64,000 bases of DNA from Mobula hypostoma (GCF_963921235.1 NC_086097.1:163496001-163560000); one strand, 5' to 3'. Positions 1 through 13,057 are shown, numbered from the stretch's first letter. Notes: a model not told the origin generated them from the sequence alone. Program-made: numbers and translations.

Positions 1-1240
1 GAGGAAAAGTAATAGAGGCAATGCTCAGTATTTTGGCATACATATAAGAGTTGATCACAAGCTTGTGGAGTTCATCACTGGAAAATGGGTTTTAAATGAG
101 AAAAAAAAAGTAGCCAAGCTTTGGAGAATGCTAGAGATAGCTTTAATGGAATTGAATGAGAGGCCTCTATTGTGGAAATATCTGTAACTATCAATGGAGC
201 CATGATTCATGTGATACGCAGCAGGAAGGATCCTGAATAATAACGTTGAGATGAAAGGAGTGGGTCATGCATTGTACTCTTAGTTCACAAAGGATAAAGA
301 ACTTTGTAACTTGTGATGTTGACGAGTGTTCACTTTATTCAAGACAAAATGGAACTTGGGCAATAGTAGACTAAAGCAGTGGGAATATTGGGACAGGCAT
401 AAGTAACAATAATCCCTCTGAGTAGTGGCAAGAAAAACTGTTTCATACCTTGTGCTAAGGTGATGCAGGTTATTGATAAGGGTGTTGAGGACAGTTTGGT
501 GTTTGTCTTCAGAACTCCTGAAATTCTAGATTAACAGCTAAAGGCTGATGTTCTTCTGAGGAACATGAGGAATGTGTTTAATATCTTGGGTGAGAGTGAT
601 AGATAGCAGAGATACCAATATAGGAGGCAACAGTAAGAGGAAGAGGGTAAAGTTTTTGGAAAAATAGGACAGTAAAGTTCAGAGCAGAAATGCAAGAGCA
701 CAACATGATATTTTACTATTCCATTAATGGGCTGTGGATCTGATTCAGGGTTTTGACCTTTCTCCTATTGATCCTGTTGGACTTGCTGAGCTCCCCCAGA
801 AGAATGTTTATTCCTTTACTTGTATTTCTTCTGGTAGCCAAGTTCTCATATTTAGTCGCATGCTTTATTTATGTCCCATTAATCTGGCTGGTTTGTAAGG
901 GTGGGGGTGTGTGCGAGAGCAATGGGTGTTTGATAGTCAGTATGGACTTGTTGGGCTGAAGGCCTATTTCCCTGCATATGATTCTATGAATTCACAAGAG
1001 ATATATTTTCAGATTCTATTTAGATGGGAAATGCTTTGAAAGTTGTCCTCAGCTGAAGTTTAGAGAGGAGTGACTGTTAAACTACTGAAAATAACTGGTA
1101 TTTGAGAAACTGCAAAATATATCCTAAGAGGAAATTTGTTCCATTTTTACGAAGGACAAATTTGGAACAGGTTAAACAATTAGCATCAAAACTGTGCTCA
1201 GAAACTGGACTACAGGGAAGCAATTGGACAGATATCTATT

Positions 1241-1458
1241 ATCAGAATCAGGTTTATTATCACCGGCATATGTTGTGAAATTTGTTAACTTAGCAGCAGC
1301 AGTTCAATGCAATACATAAAAAAATAAATAAATTACAGTACACGTATATTGAGTAGATTAAAAATAGTGCAAAAAACAGAAATAATATATATTAAAAAAG
1401 TGAGGTAGTGCCCAAGGGTTGAATGTTCATTTAGGAATTGAAAGGCAGAGGGGAAGAA
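1241..1458 (-). mobile_element. Rex1/Babar LINE 3' end fragment
   Basis: atcagaatcaggtttattatcaccggc...aacttagcagcagcagttcaatgcaatac is nearly identical to the 3' ends of the Rex1 copies at 40388 and 41493. Confidence 0.8.
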
Positions 1459-2188
1459 ATGCATCTTGATCAACACTTGATAATACAATATCACCATAGT
1501 ATCTAGAGAAAAACTCCTCCTCAGAATCTTCTTTCGCTCACCAAACCCGGAAAGTAAACCATCAAAGACATATCAGTGAAATCTTCCAGCCCTCAGTTCT
1601 TTATTGTATATTGTTATTCACTGGCTCTTCATTTACCTCTTTATATACAATGTTAGTCACTTAAAAGATTGAGTGACAATATCTTTCTTTCTCAGGAAGC
1701 GCAGTTTAAATGCAGTCAGGACTAATGAACTTCAGTCTCCTTACAATGTCTGCTGAAAAGATGCCAAATTGAATACACTGAGATAGTTCTTTATGGAAGT
1801 ATGCTTGGGTCACTGGACTGGCTATGGGGAAAGAGCAGGGGCGTGGGTCTAATTAGACAGCTCTTTTAAAGAGTCAGCACAGGAACTGTGGTTTTAAATC
1901 TCTTTCCTGTGCTGTAGTCTAATAACGAGCAAAAATGACTCATCTCTGAAATTAGACAAAAAGCATTGATTTGAGCAGTTAGCGTTATTGGTTATTCTTT
2001 TAAGTGACTGACATTGTATATTCAGAGGTAAATGAAGAGCCAGTGAATAACTTGTACAATAAAGAACCAAAAGCTGGAAGATTTCACTGCTAAGTTTTTG
2101 ACAGTTCACTTTCCGGTTTTGGTGCGCTAAAGAAGATTCTGATGACGAATTTTATTGTATTGTGAAGTGATGATCAATATGCATTTCT
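1455..2188. repeat. Long degenerate inverted repeat (arms 1455-1668 and 1996-2188), possible MITE or fold-back element
   Basis: The reverse complement of the right arm aligns along the left arm (cagaatcttcttt..caccaaa.ccggaaagt; gttattcactggctcttcatttacctct; gtcacttaaaaga). The spacer holds a CR1-type tail at ~1810-1920. Confidence 0.85.
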
Positions 2189-2542
2189 AATATATATTTG
2201 TCTAATACAAAGTATGCTGGGAGATAAGAGTAGGGGAAGGAAGTTTTGTCTTGGAATATCTGTCAGAATGGGGTAAAGAAGCTCTCTGAAGCACTCTAAA
2301 TGAGAGAACCAGAGCCAACTTGTGATGTGTGACTGTTCCTCCCATCGCTGAATATTTCCATGGAAATGAATCAAAAATGAACTTAAGTTTACTCAGAGTC
2401 CATAACACAGTTAATCTATAAATAAATGGGGTTACTAGTGTACTCTGGTTGATAGTCTTGAACTCCAAACTATGGATTTTTGTCACAATAGTATTGGAGA
2501 ACAATCGTCATTTATTTTAATATCAATTGCTTAATGATATAT

Positions 2543-3250
2543 ATTGGTATTGGCATTGGTGTACAGTATTATTGCTTTGTGTACAACGATACAGGGAAAA
2601 GCTTGTTCTACATACTGTTTATGCAGATGAATTCATTATGCAGTGCATTGAACTAGAATAAGGTGAACCAACAACAATGCAGAATATAGTGTAAAAACTC
2701 ACACAAAAACGCAGTGAAGCTAACAATAAAGTGCAAAATCACAACTAAGTAGATTGAGGACATGAATCTATCTTATTGTACAAGAGGTCCATACAAGACT
2801 CTGATAACAGTGGGATAGAAGATGTTCTTGAGCCTCGTGGTACGTCCTTTCAAGCTTTTGTATCTTCTGCCTGATGGGAGAGGGAAGAGGAAAGATTGTC
2901 TGTAGCTGATGGGATCTTTGATTATGTTGGCTGCTTTACTGAGGCAGCGAGAAATCTAGACAGCATCCATGGAAAAGAGGTTGGCTTCTTTGATGTGCTG
3001 AGCTGTGTTTATAGCTCTCTGCAGTTTCTTGCAGTCACGTTCAGTAGAGTTGCTTTATGAAGCCGTCCAGATAGAGTGCTTTCGATGGTACATCAATAAA
3101 AGATTGGTGAGAGTGAAAGGAGACATGTAAAGTTTCTTGAGCTTCCTGAGGAAGTAGAGGCATTGGTGAGTTTTCTTAGTTGTGACATCAACGTGGTTGG
3201 TCCAGAACAGGTTGTTGCTGAGTTTGTAACTCGGATCTTGAAGCTCTCAG
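2543..3250 (-). mobile_element. Rex1/Babar LINE 3' fragment, degenerate
   Basis: (attggt)n-like tail, and homology to copies at ~3410-3595, 15580-15790, 52795-53460 and 62730-62930. Confidence 0.7.
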
Positions 3251-3742
3251 TCCTCTGTCTATTTGTATGAAAATGACAAGAAGGGTGGCTGACACAATCA
3301 GGATTTCTTATGTACTACAGGCTATGCTCTCTAACTTGGCATTATGAAAAAAATAATGTACCATTTTATGAAAAGCTTACTGTGAATGCATGAATAATTA
3401 GTGTTGATAATGATTTATTATTGTCACATGTACAAAGATATAGTGAAAAGCTTGTCTTGCATACTTTTCAAACAGATCAGATCATCATGCAGTGTATTGT
3501 GGTAAAACAACAACGAAGCAGAATAAAGAGTAACAGCTACGGAGAGAGTAAAGTGCAGGTAAACAATAAAGTGTAAGATCATAACAAGGTCGCAGCCAAT
3601 CCCTTACATTGATTTCAAGTTCATAATTCATCACAACGCAGAAGGAGGCCATCCAGCTTATCAAATCTGTGTCAGGTCCCAGAGCAGGTTTCTCGTTTTC
3701 AATTCTCTACTTACTTCCCAGTTACCTATTCTCTCTCAGATG

Positions 3743-4010
3743 TTGGAATGTGGAAGGAGAAGCAAACTGCTGGAGGGAATCTGCAGGTAGGGCAGCAGTT
3801 GTAGTGGGAAATGTACACTTGACGTTTGGGTCAAGACACTTCATCTGAATCAGAATAATAATCAGGTTATTTATCACTGAAGTATGCATGTTGTGAAATA
3901 GACTGGTTGCTAGTTCAGATGAAGGGTTTCGAACCTAAGTGCTAATTGCCCATTTCACACTACCTGTGCTGCCTGACCCAGTGAATTCCTTCACTAGTTT
4001 GTTTTTTGGC
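3743..4010. mobile_element. Degenerate inverted Penelope-like pLTR pair with a Rex1 tail in the middle
   Basis: Arms ~3761-3850 and ~3912-4003 are reverse complements and include a decayed cagatgaagggt hammerhead remnant. Flanks acctattctctctcagatg (3724-3742) and acctattttccctcacatg (4011-4029) look like a TSD. Confidence 0.6.
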
Positions 4011-5009
4011 ACCTATTTTCCCTCACATGCCCATCTCCACCAAGGACCAATATTTCAGCTGGGAAGTCGCAGAACTTGAGGCAAACTCACATGATCAAAG
4101 AAATGTGTGCAGAGAGCACCAGAGGTGAATATTTGACCTCGTTCACTGGAACAGGAAGCAGCAGCTCTACCTGCGGCATCACTGTGCTTCCCACAATTCC
4201 CTGGGAGCATTGTGAGCTGAATACTGCCAATTTAAATACTTGTCCTTTAACCCTGCTCAATCTTACCTGTTGTTCAATTGATTTCCTAGCTGTGTCACTT
4301 GCAAGGATTTCACTTTTAACCTCAAGGTTATTCTCATTTAACCTAGAGGTTATTGAAAGCCTTTATCAAAATCTATGCAATTATCATCCACAGACTTGTC
4401 TCCTTGTCTGCCACTGTATTCACCTCTTCAACATATTCAGCTCAGGTCTCAGTATTCAAGAATGTGATAGAGACATGTATTTATTTTACCTGTATCTTGA
4501 TCTATCACTGTCAATGTTCGTCGACAACCATAATCCAAAAACCTTTTGAGACAGCAATAAAAATACTTTCCTGAAGAGAGATAATCGAACAACTTTTCCT
4601 GACAGCTGTCTGCGAACTGCACGCCAGACATCACTTGAATTATGTGTCATTCTGTCTTCTTTCTCATCATAATCAGTCTTATCAACTCCTGCATTTCTCC
4701 ATGCTGTCTGAAGCACCCTCTCATCTGTCAGCCTTCCATTTAATTTTCACTATGTCGGCAGTACTCTGAGCTTTTATTTCTTGGCCCTCAGTAATTAAAA
4801 TTAGTCACCCATTCCCTCCTCCCCACCTATTCCACTCAACAGCTCCCCACCCACGGCAGTGAAAACTCTGATGGTTTGGAAACCATAATGTTACAATCTG
4901 GTAAGAATTTAAGTAATGCAAGAGTAAGTGTACTCTGATTGGAAGTTTTAATTCCACTCTGCAGCATCTCTCAAGAGCATTGGTAGATCTTTCTTTTAAG
5001 TTCATGCCT

Positions 5010-5275
5010 CGCTAGTCCCCCTCCTCATTCTTTTGTGGTCCACCAACATCTCCAATTTGATTCCTTATTCTTTAGCCCTTTTCCTCCTCTTCTTATCTCC
5101 AAGCTTCTTACAGCATCCCTCCTCCCCCACCCACCCACTTTCCCCCTCGCATGATCTCAACCAGCCAGCTTGTACTGCCCCCCCCCTCACCTTCTTACTT
5201 TGACTTCTGTTCTTATCCTTTCCAGTTTTAATGGAAGGGTTTGGAGATTTCCAGCATCTGCAGAATCTCTAGTAT
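5010..5275 (+). mobile_element. Penelope-like 3'UTR/pLTR fragment, degenerate
   Basis: C-rich tract followed by atttccagcatctgcagaatctc, as in other pLTR copies. Confidence 0.55.
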
Positions 5276-5440
5276 CTTATAATTTTATTTGCTTATTGCC
5301 TCACCATTCAGGAAGGTCACAGCTGATTTTTGTGCCTCAGCGCCACTTCCCTACCCCAATCTCAATATCTAAAACAACTTTCACTACCTTTCTTGAATAT
5401 ACTGAGTGACTGAGCATCCATAGTTCCCTTGAGTGGCAAA

Positions 5441-5740
5441 ACGGTAGCGGGTCTTGCTGCTGTCTTACAGTTACAGGGACCCAGATGTGATCAGACCCCT
5501 CGCCTGGTGTCCGCATGTTTTCCCTGTGACTACATGGGCTTCTGCTGAATGCTGTTTTCCACCCACAATCAAAAGATATACTGAAAAGACCATTTTGTCA
5601 AACTCCCGCTTAGTGAAAGTAAGTGTAAAAAAAAGATTCAAAGTGGGGTTGATGGGGTAGTTTGAAGAGGATGAATTGCAGGGGTGCAGAGAAGTAAAGG
5701 GAGCAGGAATGAGACTGACGGAATTTTTCTGCTGGGATCA
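5441..5740 (+). mobile_element. V-SINE (HE1-like) partial copy
   Basis: V-domain-like gcatgttttccctgtgactacatgggcttct...ttttccacccacaatcaaaga. Confidence 0.55.
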
Positions 5741-7795
5741 GCATGAATGACACATCACTTCAATTATCTTTCATCCCGGTTGAAGTGCCCTCTCGTCCAT
5801 CATGTTCCACAATGGCTTTCTTCCATGTCATAATAAATAAGTGACAAATTTTCAACAACCTTTGAGAGAAGTTTCTTCTAACTTGTATTCTGAATAGTTA
5901 CCTTTTTATTGTGAGACTGTGATCCCTTGTTCAAGACATCTCAATCAGTGGAGACTTAGTCCTTGCATATACCTCATCAGGCCCTATGTTCAACGAGAAT
6001 GGCCACTTCCTCATTCAATGGGGATCTCCAGTGGTTGAGCTATCAGGGTTCATTGGGTGAGATTATGGCAGGTTAGACCTTGCACCTGGTCATTTCTAGT
6101 CCCAGAAAGAAGATTAAAAATATTAGAAGTAATTTATATTTTGAGTCTGTCTCTGCTGCACTACCAATTCCACAGTTCTGATTAAATTGAATAAAATTTG
6201 TAAATAGCCAATCATTGTAAATTTGGTAGGCTAATTATAGCATTAACTTTGCAGTAAATGTGAGACTTCTTTACGTTGTCACCCATGCTAGTGTACTGTT
6301 GTTTCTTTGTTTTGTTAAGTCATCACTGAGAGAATGGTGGGTGGCTCATATGCACAAAGTTCCATTTTCCGGGACTTGGCAGTATAATTTATCCCTACTT
6401 TGAACGAAATGGGTATCTTCAATGCACCCATCACATCTCAAGATACTTATTAAATATTTGTGCGAAAAGCTATGTAAGAACATGCAGTGAGCAAGAAATA
6501 ATTTATGTTGTTCAACAGTTGATCCAAAAGCATATAACCTTGTATGATGGTTGTCTTGAGGGAGAATATTATGCTATGTGTTATGTAAGAAAAGATCATC
6601 TTTAAGTAATGGCGAGTTTTGGTAGTTTACCTGTGGTAATATGTTTTATCAAACACAGGCAGCTGGCATTCTGAGAAATCAGTGGCAGCTTGAAATGCTC
6701 AAGTCGGCAGAAGAAGATACATTTTACTTCTGTTTTGTACAACATTAAATTGTTCAAAAATTTTTCACTAGGCTGCCTGAATAGGGAAATGTAAATTGTA
6801 TGACATTATGCATATGTCACAGAGGACATTTTGCAAATTGTTTGAGGCAGTCTACTCCTTATCACAAATGTAAAATGTCAAATTGCAGCAGATCGTGGTA
6901 AAAATGGAGTGTTGGTTGACAGGGTAGTCACTCGGAATTGTGGTGAATAAGTTATTGAGATATTGTATCAAAATTCAAAACTTAATGTGCACATTTATCA
7001 TAATTTAAAGAGAGCGGGAAGATTAAACGTGGCTGCCATTTTGCCTGTTTTGGGAAAATCAACTCAAAATTCTCATTAAATGCATTATAAGTCAAGGGAT
7101 GGGAAGCAAAAGCAGAAAAGTGGTGCTAAGCTAGATCAGCTGGCGGCCTTGTTGAACAGCTAAACAGGCTCGAAGGGCAGACTGGCTCCTGCTCATTTCT
7201 CATCAAGACCTATTGCCATGTTTTCTTGTGGACTTTGAAGAGGTTATTTTTAAAGGAAAGCAATGGAAGCAATTTGCCTTGTTGAACATGAAGATGGAAA
7301 TATTAACATAGGTCCAAGCCTGTAAATTCACCTATTGTGCTGCACAGTTTGTAAAGCCACAAATAAATTTCTCCTTTATGTCAGAAAAACGTTAATGTAG
7401 TCAAGCAATGCGGGACCACTCAGTGGGAGATAATCTTCCATCACTTGACCTTTGCAGAGCTATATTGTAAAGTCTCATTAGTATTACCAAGTGTAAAATA
7501 ACTCTACTTCTCCTGAATGCTACAATTATGAGCTTTGAATGACCCATTTCTGGGCTGTGAGTGATTCTTCGACACGCAGCAGTGACTGAGTCATATTACA
7601 AAGTTGGAAACATTTTGAGAAACAGAACAAAAATATTCTTCAGCTTGCAGGTTTACTCAGACAATGTCTTGCTTTCTCTGAAATGTGTGGCCCATTCTGG
7701 GCTAGCACTCCAGTACTGAGTGAGTGTAGCTCTGTTGGAGGTGAGCTGAGAAGATATACCTGCTCTCTCAGGTGAATGTACAATGGAGCTAGCTA

Positions 7796-8069
7796 GGGTG
7801 CCACAGTAGCGTAGCAGCTATTGCAATGCTATTACAAATCGGGGCGTCGGTGTTTGGAGTTCAATCCAGCGCAATCTGTAAGGGGTCTGTACGTTCTCCT
7901 TGAGATTGGGTGGGTTTCCTCCCACAGTCCAAAGATGAACAGATACTAGATGAATTAGTCATTGTGAAATGTCCTGTGATTAGGCTAGTGTTAAACAGGT
8001 GGACTGCTGGGCAGCACGGCTCATTGGGCCAGAAGGGCCTGTTCCATGCTACTATCTCTAAAATTAAAA
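7796..8069 (+). mobile_element. tRNA-derived V-SINE (HE1-like), near full length
   Basis: tRNA-like head with B box ggagttcaatcc, V domain (gtacgttctcc..gtgggtttcctcccacagtccaaaga), CR1-like tail gggccagaagggcctgttccatgctactatctctaaa. Confidence 0.8.
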
Positions 8070-8210
8070 CCAATCAGAGGATCAGATGTTGTTGTTGAAG
8101 CCATGGCCAGAATTTATCCCTCAGCAACCATCATTTAAAAAGTAAAGAATGTGGGGTCATTAATCAAGTTTGGATCTTACTGTGCAAAATTGATTGCCTT
8201 GTTTTCTACA

Positions 8211-8323
8211 TTACCTCATTGACAACACGTTAATGTTACCTCATTGGCAACACGTTAACATTACCTCATTGGCAACACATTAACGTTACCTCATTGGCAA
8301 CCCGTTAACGTTACCTCATTGGC
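8211..8323. repeat. 25-bp minisatellite, about 4.5 copies (TTACCTCATTGGCAACACGTTAACG)
   Basis: Units start at 8211, 8236, 8261, 8286 and 8311, head to tail with no spacers. Confidence 0.95.
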
Positions 8324-9463
8324 TGTAAAGTCTTTTCAGGGTTTGTTGTCAGGGATGTGAAAGATATATACGTATATATACACGTGTGTGTGTGTGTTTT
8401 TTTGCTCGCTAAGGTAAGTTATTGCTTCTTGAAATGACTTGTGTTTCTTGCCTGAAACACGTGTGAAATTGGTTTGCCAGACAGAATCCTTGGATAGCTA
8501 GTTTATCTCATGAGAAGAGAATAAACTGACTGGACTAATACTGGTGATAATTTAGCGAAACATAAAGTGATGGAATCCGATACTAGGGGAATCAAGATGT
8601 GTGGTTTAGTGCCGAACAGTAGTACTGAAATAGGTCAACTGTAATCTTATTGAATATCACAGCAGGAACAAGGGCTGAGTGGCCTATTCCAGTTTCCATT
8701 CCTTTTCTTAATAAGGATATTGGCAATACTCAGCAGGCAGTACTTCCTATCCCTTTCATCCTTCAGATGTCCAGCAGAAGCAATATTTTGCTCCTTTCTG
8801 TGCAGAATTCTGAACAGATTGAAACCAGCTCAGCATATCGGGGCAGTTTGACCACAGAGCAGTAGCTCTGGCATTGCCTGTGCTTGTCAGATGTGCTTCT
8901 GATGGTTTTAGCACAATATCTCCTTCCTATGTCTGTTCTTTTCAATGGAACAAGTTCTTAAGCCCATCTCAAAACTTTCAAAGCAAATACACGTAAAAAG
9001 GCAATGCAATTACAAAGCACATTATTTTTTAAATACCATGGGAATTTTTTCCATAATCCCATATAACTTAGATAGAGACCACTCCAGCCCTTTGACTCTA
9101 TGCTGGTTCCATTTTCTCACTAAATACTTCTCCATGTAACCGATTCTCTCCATATTCCCATCGATCCTGACCTTCCCCCTACACACTATAGGTAATTTAC
9201 AGTGTTCAATTGATCCACCAGCTGGTACTTCTTTGGGATGTGGGAGAAAACTGAATCATCCAAAAGAAACCTACACAGTCAGAAATTAACCTGGAATACT
9301 GAGCAACAGCAATTGGTGGGCTAATTCCAAGCAAATAAACTCTTTTTGGGCTTCCAGCAGGTACAGGTATCGATTATAACTGATGTTTCAATGACAGACT
9401 TTGCCATCTTCTTCAGGGCTGATGCCTGGCCCAATGATAATTATACTCCTGTATAGAGTCCCT

Positions 9464-11360
9464 GTATAAAGAAAAAAGCACAAAGAATAAATGGATGACA
9501 GATGAAATCAAAAATCTAATGGAAGAAAGGAGACGGAAGAAAGCAAATCTTATAGAATATAAGTCCTTAGATAAAAAAGTTAAAAGCTTATGTCAAAAAG
9601 CCAAAGAAGAATGGCTAAACCAGGAATGTGAACAATTAGAAAGAATCCTTATTACTGATCCAAAAAGGTTACACCATCAAATCAAGAATATCACTGGTAA
9701 AAAGCTCCTTTGTTCTTCAGGTGGATGTTTGAAAACAAAGGACGGTAACATTATTATGGAAAAAGATGAGATTATGAACAGATGGACTGAGTATTCAGGA
9801 ATTGTTTGAAGATGATCGAAGCGAAAAACCAGAAATTAAGAAGAACATTGAAGGTCCAAGTATTTTAAAATCTGAAGATCATAATGCAATAAATAAGATG
9901 AAGAAAGGAAAGGCAGCAGGTCCTGATGAATTAGTAATAGAACAAATTATCACCCTTGAAGATTATGGAACTGAAAAACTTACTGATTTAATCAATGACA
10001 TTTATGAGACTGGAATAATACCAGAAGAGATGAAAAAATCAGTATTTATCACTCTTCCTAAGAAAGCTGGAGCAATAGAATATGAATTACATAGGACCAT
10101 AAGTTTAATGAGTCATATCAATAAGATACTTCTAAGAATTTTGATGACAAGAGCTAAGAGCAAGATACAAGCTGAAATAGTTAAAAGAACAATGTGATTT
10201 TGTGAAAGACAAAGGTACAAGAAATGCGACATTGATGTTAAGGATACTGTCAGAACGAGCTATTCAAGTGCAAAAAGATTTGTTTGTTTTATCGACTACA
10301 CAAATGCATTTGATAAAGTGAAACACAATAAGTTACTCGAAATATTACAGGAAACTCTGGATCTAGATTCGAAAGACCTCCGCCTAATCAGAAATCTGTA
10401 CTGGGAACAAACTGCCGCTGTAAAAATAGATGGAGAAGTGAGTCAGTTTATGAAAATCAAGAGAGGCATTAGACAAGGGTGTGATTTCTCCTCTGATTTG
10501 TTTAATGTGTACAGTGAAACAATATTACAAAAAATAAGAGACAGTTTGGGTATCAAAGTTAGTGAAAACATCGATCATTTTAGATATGCGGATGACACTG
10601 TGTTAATTGCAAGTATGGAGGAAGAACTACAAAACTTAATTGGTATAGTTGTTGAAGAAAGTGCAAAAATGGGTCTATCAACTGCAAAAAGACAGAATGT
10701 ATGGTGATATCCAAAAAGAAGGAGAATCCTATCTGCAGGCTGAGAATAAACAGGGAAGACATAAAACAAGTACAGAACTTCTGCTACTTCAGAATCTGGG
10801 TGACATCAGATGGCAGGTGTGACATGGACATCAAAAGAAGAATAGGAATGGCAAAAGACACCTTTACGAGAATGAAGAGTATACTGACCAACACTAAACT
10901 AGGCAATAAAACCCGCCTCAGAGCACTGAAATGTTACATTTATCCAGTTATGTTATATGGCTCAGAATGTTGGACAATATCTAGCAACATGAGGAAACAA
11001 ATTGAAGCAGCAGAGATGTGGTTTTTGAGGAAGATACAAAGAATATCATGGATGAAACGAATATCTAACGAGGATGTCATGAACAGAGCAAGCACAAAAA
11101 GAGAAATAATGTATGATGTCATGAAAAGGCAACGTGCCTTCATTAGACGTGATTAGGAAAGAGGAGTTGGAATGCATGGTAATTATGGGAAAGATTGAAG
11201 GGAAGAAAGCAAGAGGAAAGCAAAGACAAATGATGATGGAGACAGCAGCCAGAGAACTGGAAATGAATACCAATGAATTGATCCACTTGACCTGAAACAG
11301 GAATGTGTGGGCCATGACAGTCAGAGCTCAAACTGGGCACGGCACCTGATGATGATGATG
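9464..11360 (+). mobile_element. RTE-clade LINE, 5'-truncated, frameshifted reverse transcriptase
   Basis: ORFs 9495-11156 carry RT motifs (KAAGPD, RTISLMSH, GIRQGC, RYADDTVL, LYGSECWT); (GAT)n 3' tail at ~11348-11360; TSD atagagtccct (9453-9463) / atacagtccct (11361-11371). Confidence 0.92.
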
Positions 11361-11468
11361 ATACAGTCCCTCCTGATTAGTTAGTCCTCATCCAATCAGG
11401 TTTCCGCTCTCCCACCTTGCTTAGAGCGAGACTGGAGTTTGATTTTAAACAAGGTAGGAGAGCAGAAA

Positions 11469-11980
11469 GATTCAAAAAACTTTATTGTCATTCTAACCAT
11501 ACATCAGCTCTGCAGGGCAGAATGAGACAGTGTTTCTCAGGGGCAGTGCAATCATAACATAACAAATGCAACAGTAAATAATAAACATAACAATAAATAG
11601 TAAAACACAACAGCCACATGTCAGTTGTAAGTGTCTAGTGCAAGTTAAAAGTGTCCAAAGCAGAGTCAGATGGAGCAGCTATTTAGCAGTCTGACTGCCT
11701 GTGGGAGGAAGCTGTTTAGTAGCCTTGTGGTTTTAGTTTTGATGTTCCTGTAACATTTGCCTGATGGCAGAGGAACGAACAGTCCCTGGAGAGGGTGTGA
11801 GGGGTCTTTAATGATGTACCGTGTCTTCTGGAGGCACCGACTCTGAAAGAGGTCTTGGACAGAAGGTAGGGAGACCCCAATAACCTTCTCTGCTCCCCTA
11901 ACCACCCTCTGCAAGGCTTTTTTGTCGACAACACTGCAGCTGGAGTACCAGGTTGTGATGCAAAAGGTCAGCACACTCTC
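11469..11980 (-). mobile_element. Rex1/Babar LINE 3' fragment
   Basis: ORF 11666-12007 ESVLTFCITTWY...LPSGKCYR...NSFLPQAVRLLN is the Rex1-clade C-terminus; aataaa plus tail follows. Confidence 0.85.
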
Positions 11981-13057
11981 AAACCTGATTGAATGAGGAC
12001 TAAACAATAGGGAGGGATGGAATCAAGGAGTATAAGTACCACTGAACTTGACATGCCCAGGCATCATCCCTGAAGAACATGGCAGAGTCTGTCAGTTATA
12101 ATCAATGCCTGTACCCGACTGGAAGCCCATGAAGAGTTTATTCATCATATACGCCAGGAAAGCAAAGGTCCTTGTTTAATTCCAAGCAGCTGTTGCAGTA
12201 TTCTAGGTGGATGTGCCTATCAAGAGCTTAAAAGATTCACTAAAAATTAAGAGCAAAGTTGAACAAAGTTGAAATGTATAACTATCACTAAAATTTGTGT
12301 GTCTGTGTCTAAGCTACTGACAGTAGATGCTTGCTCAGTTCTGGGTGAATCACTGTTGTATAAAATTTTCTGCTAAACTAAATCCTAATGTGATTACGTA
12401 CCTTGTTGTTAATTTGAATTATTTCTGCCAGGTCTATTAAATAGCCCTAACCCTTACCCTAACCCGAATGTCTGGGTCTCTGAAATAGAAATTGTCCGCG
12501 GTTTGCATGTTCTCCCAGGGTGATTCCTCTGGATGCTCACAGTTTTCTCCTGCATCCTAAAGTCTTACCAGTTGGTAGGTTAATTGACCCCTATAAATTA
12601 TCAGTAGTGTGTGACGGTAGATGAAATCTGAAGAGACAAAAGTGGGATTGATGGGAATATGTGGAGAAGTTATTGATGGAAAGGAATTAATCTGTAAACC
12701 AGCATAAACTCAATGGATGAAAGAATCTTCTTCCAAGTTTTAAGAAGTGTGGAAGAAATATCTAGGGTATTTTTAAAATGATGTGCATTTCTTTACATAA
12801 CTTTATTTATTAGTTTTGAAATTTGGGTTTTGGGCTGAAAATCTAAGTTTGCGTAATTTCACGGACAGGTACCAGAACATTACTCTAGTTAGAAATGAAA
12901 CCATGTGTTCATTCATATGCTGTTCATTATGAATCCTGCACTTCTCTGTTCCTTTCTGCAGTTGATTGGATACTGACACTTCCTGCTATTTTCACCTCCC
13001 ATATCAACCTCATTTTAAGTCAGTCTGGCACCTTTGCAGCCAACACAAGTATCCTCT

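Larger units (their letters stand above)
7690..8370 (+). mobile_element. Deu-SINE (SacSINE1-like), interrupted by a V-SINE and a minisatellite
   Basis: ctccagtactgag...tgttggaggtg...ctctcaggtg, then tggccagaatttatccctca...ggatcttactgtgcaaaattg...cattggctgtaaag, typical of the Deu domain and tail. Confidence 0.65.
9334..12176. mobile_element. Inverted (fold-back) Penelope-like element, family B, hosting nested RTE and Rex1 insertions
   Basis: Perfect 12-bp TSD taattccaagca (9322-9333 / 12177-12188). Left arm 9334-9463 plus 11361-11420 is the reverse complement of right arm 11451-11468 plus 11981-12145. Hammerhead-like CTGAAGA...GAAA core on the - strand at ~9379-9420. Confidence 0.8.

Noticed and set aside
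4076..4716. Cluster of overlapping ORFs (up to 157 aa)
   Set aside because: No recognisable domain; starts in an antisense SINE remnant; no supportable splice structure.
7796..7870. tRNA gene (likewise at 50888 and 54027)
   Set aside because: tRNA-like SINE heads followed by V-domain and LINE tail; no cloverleaf.
8211..8323. CRISPR-like regular repeats
   Set aside because: Head-to-tail units with no spacers, eukaryotic context, no cas genes.
12444..12465. ccctaacccttaccctaaccc, telomere-like
   Set aside because: Only about 3.5 imperfect units; too short to call an interstitial telomere.
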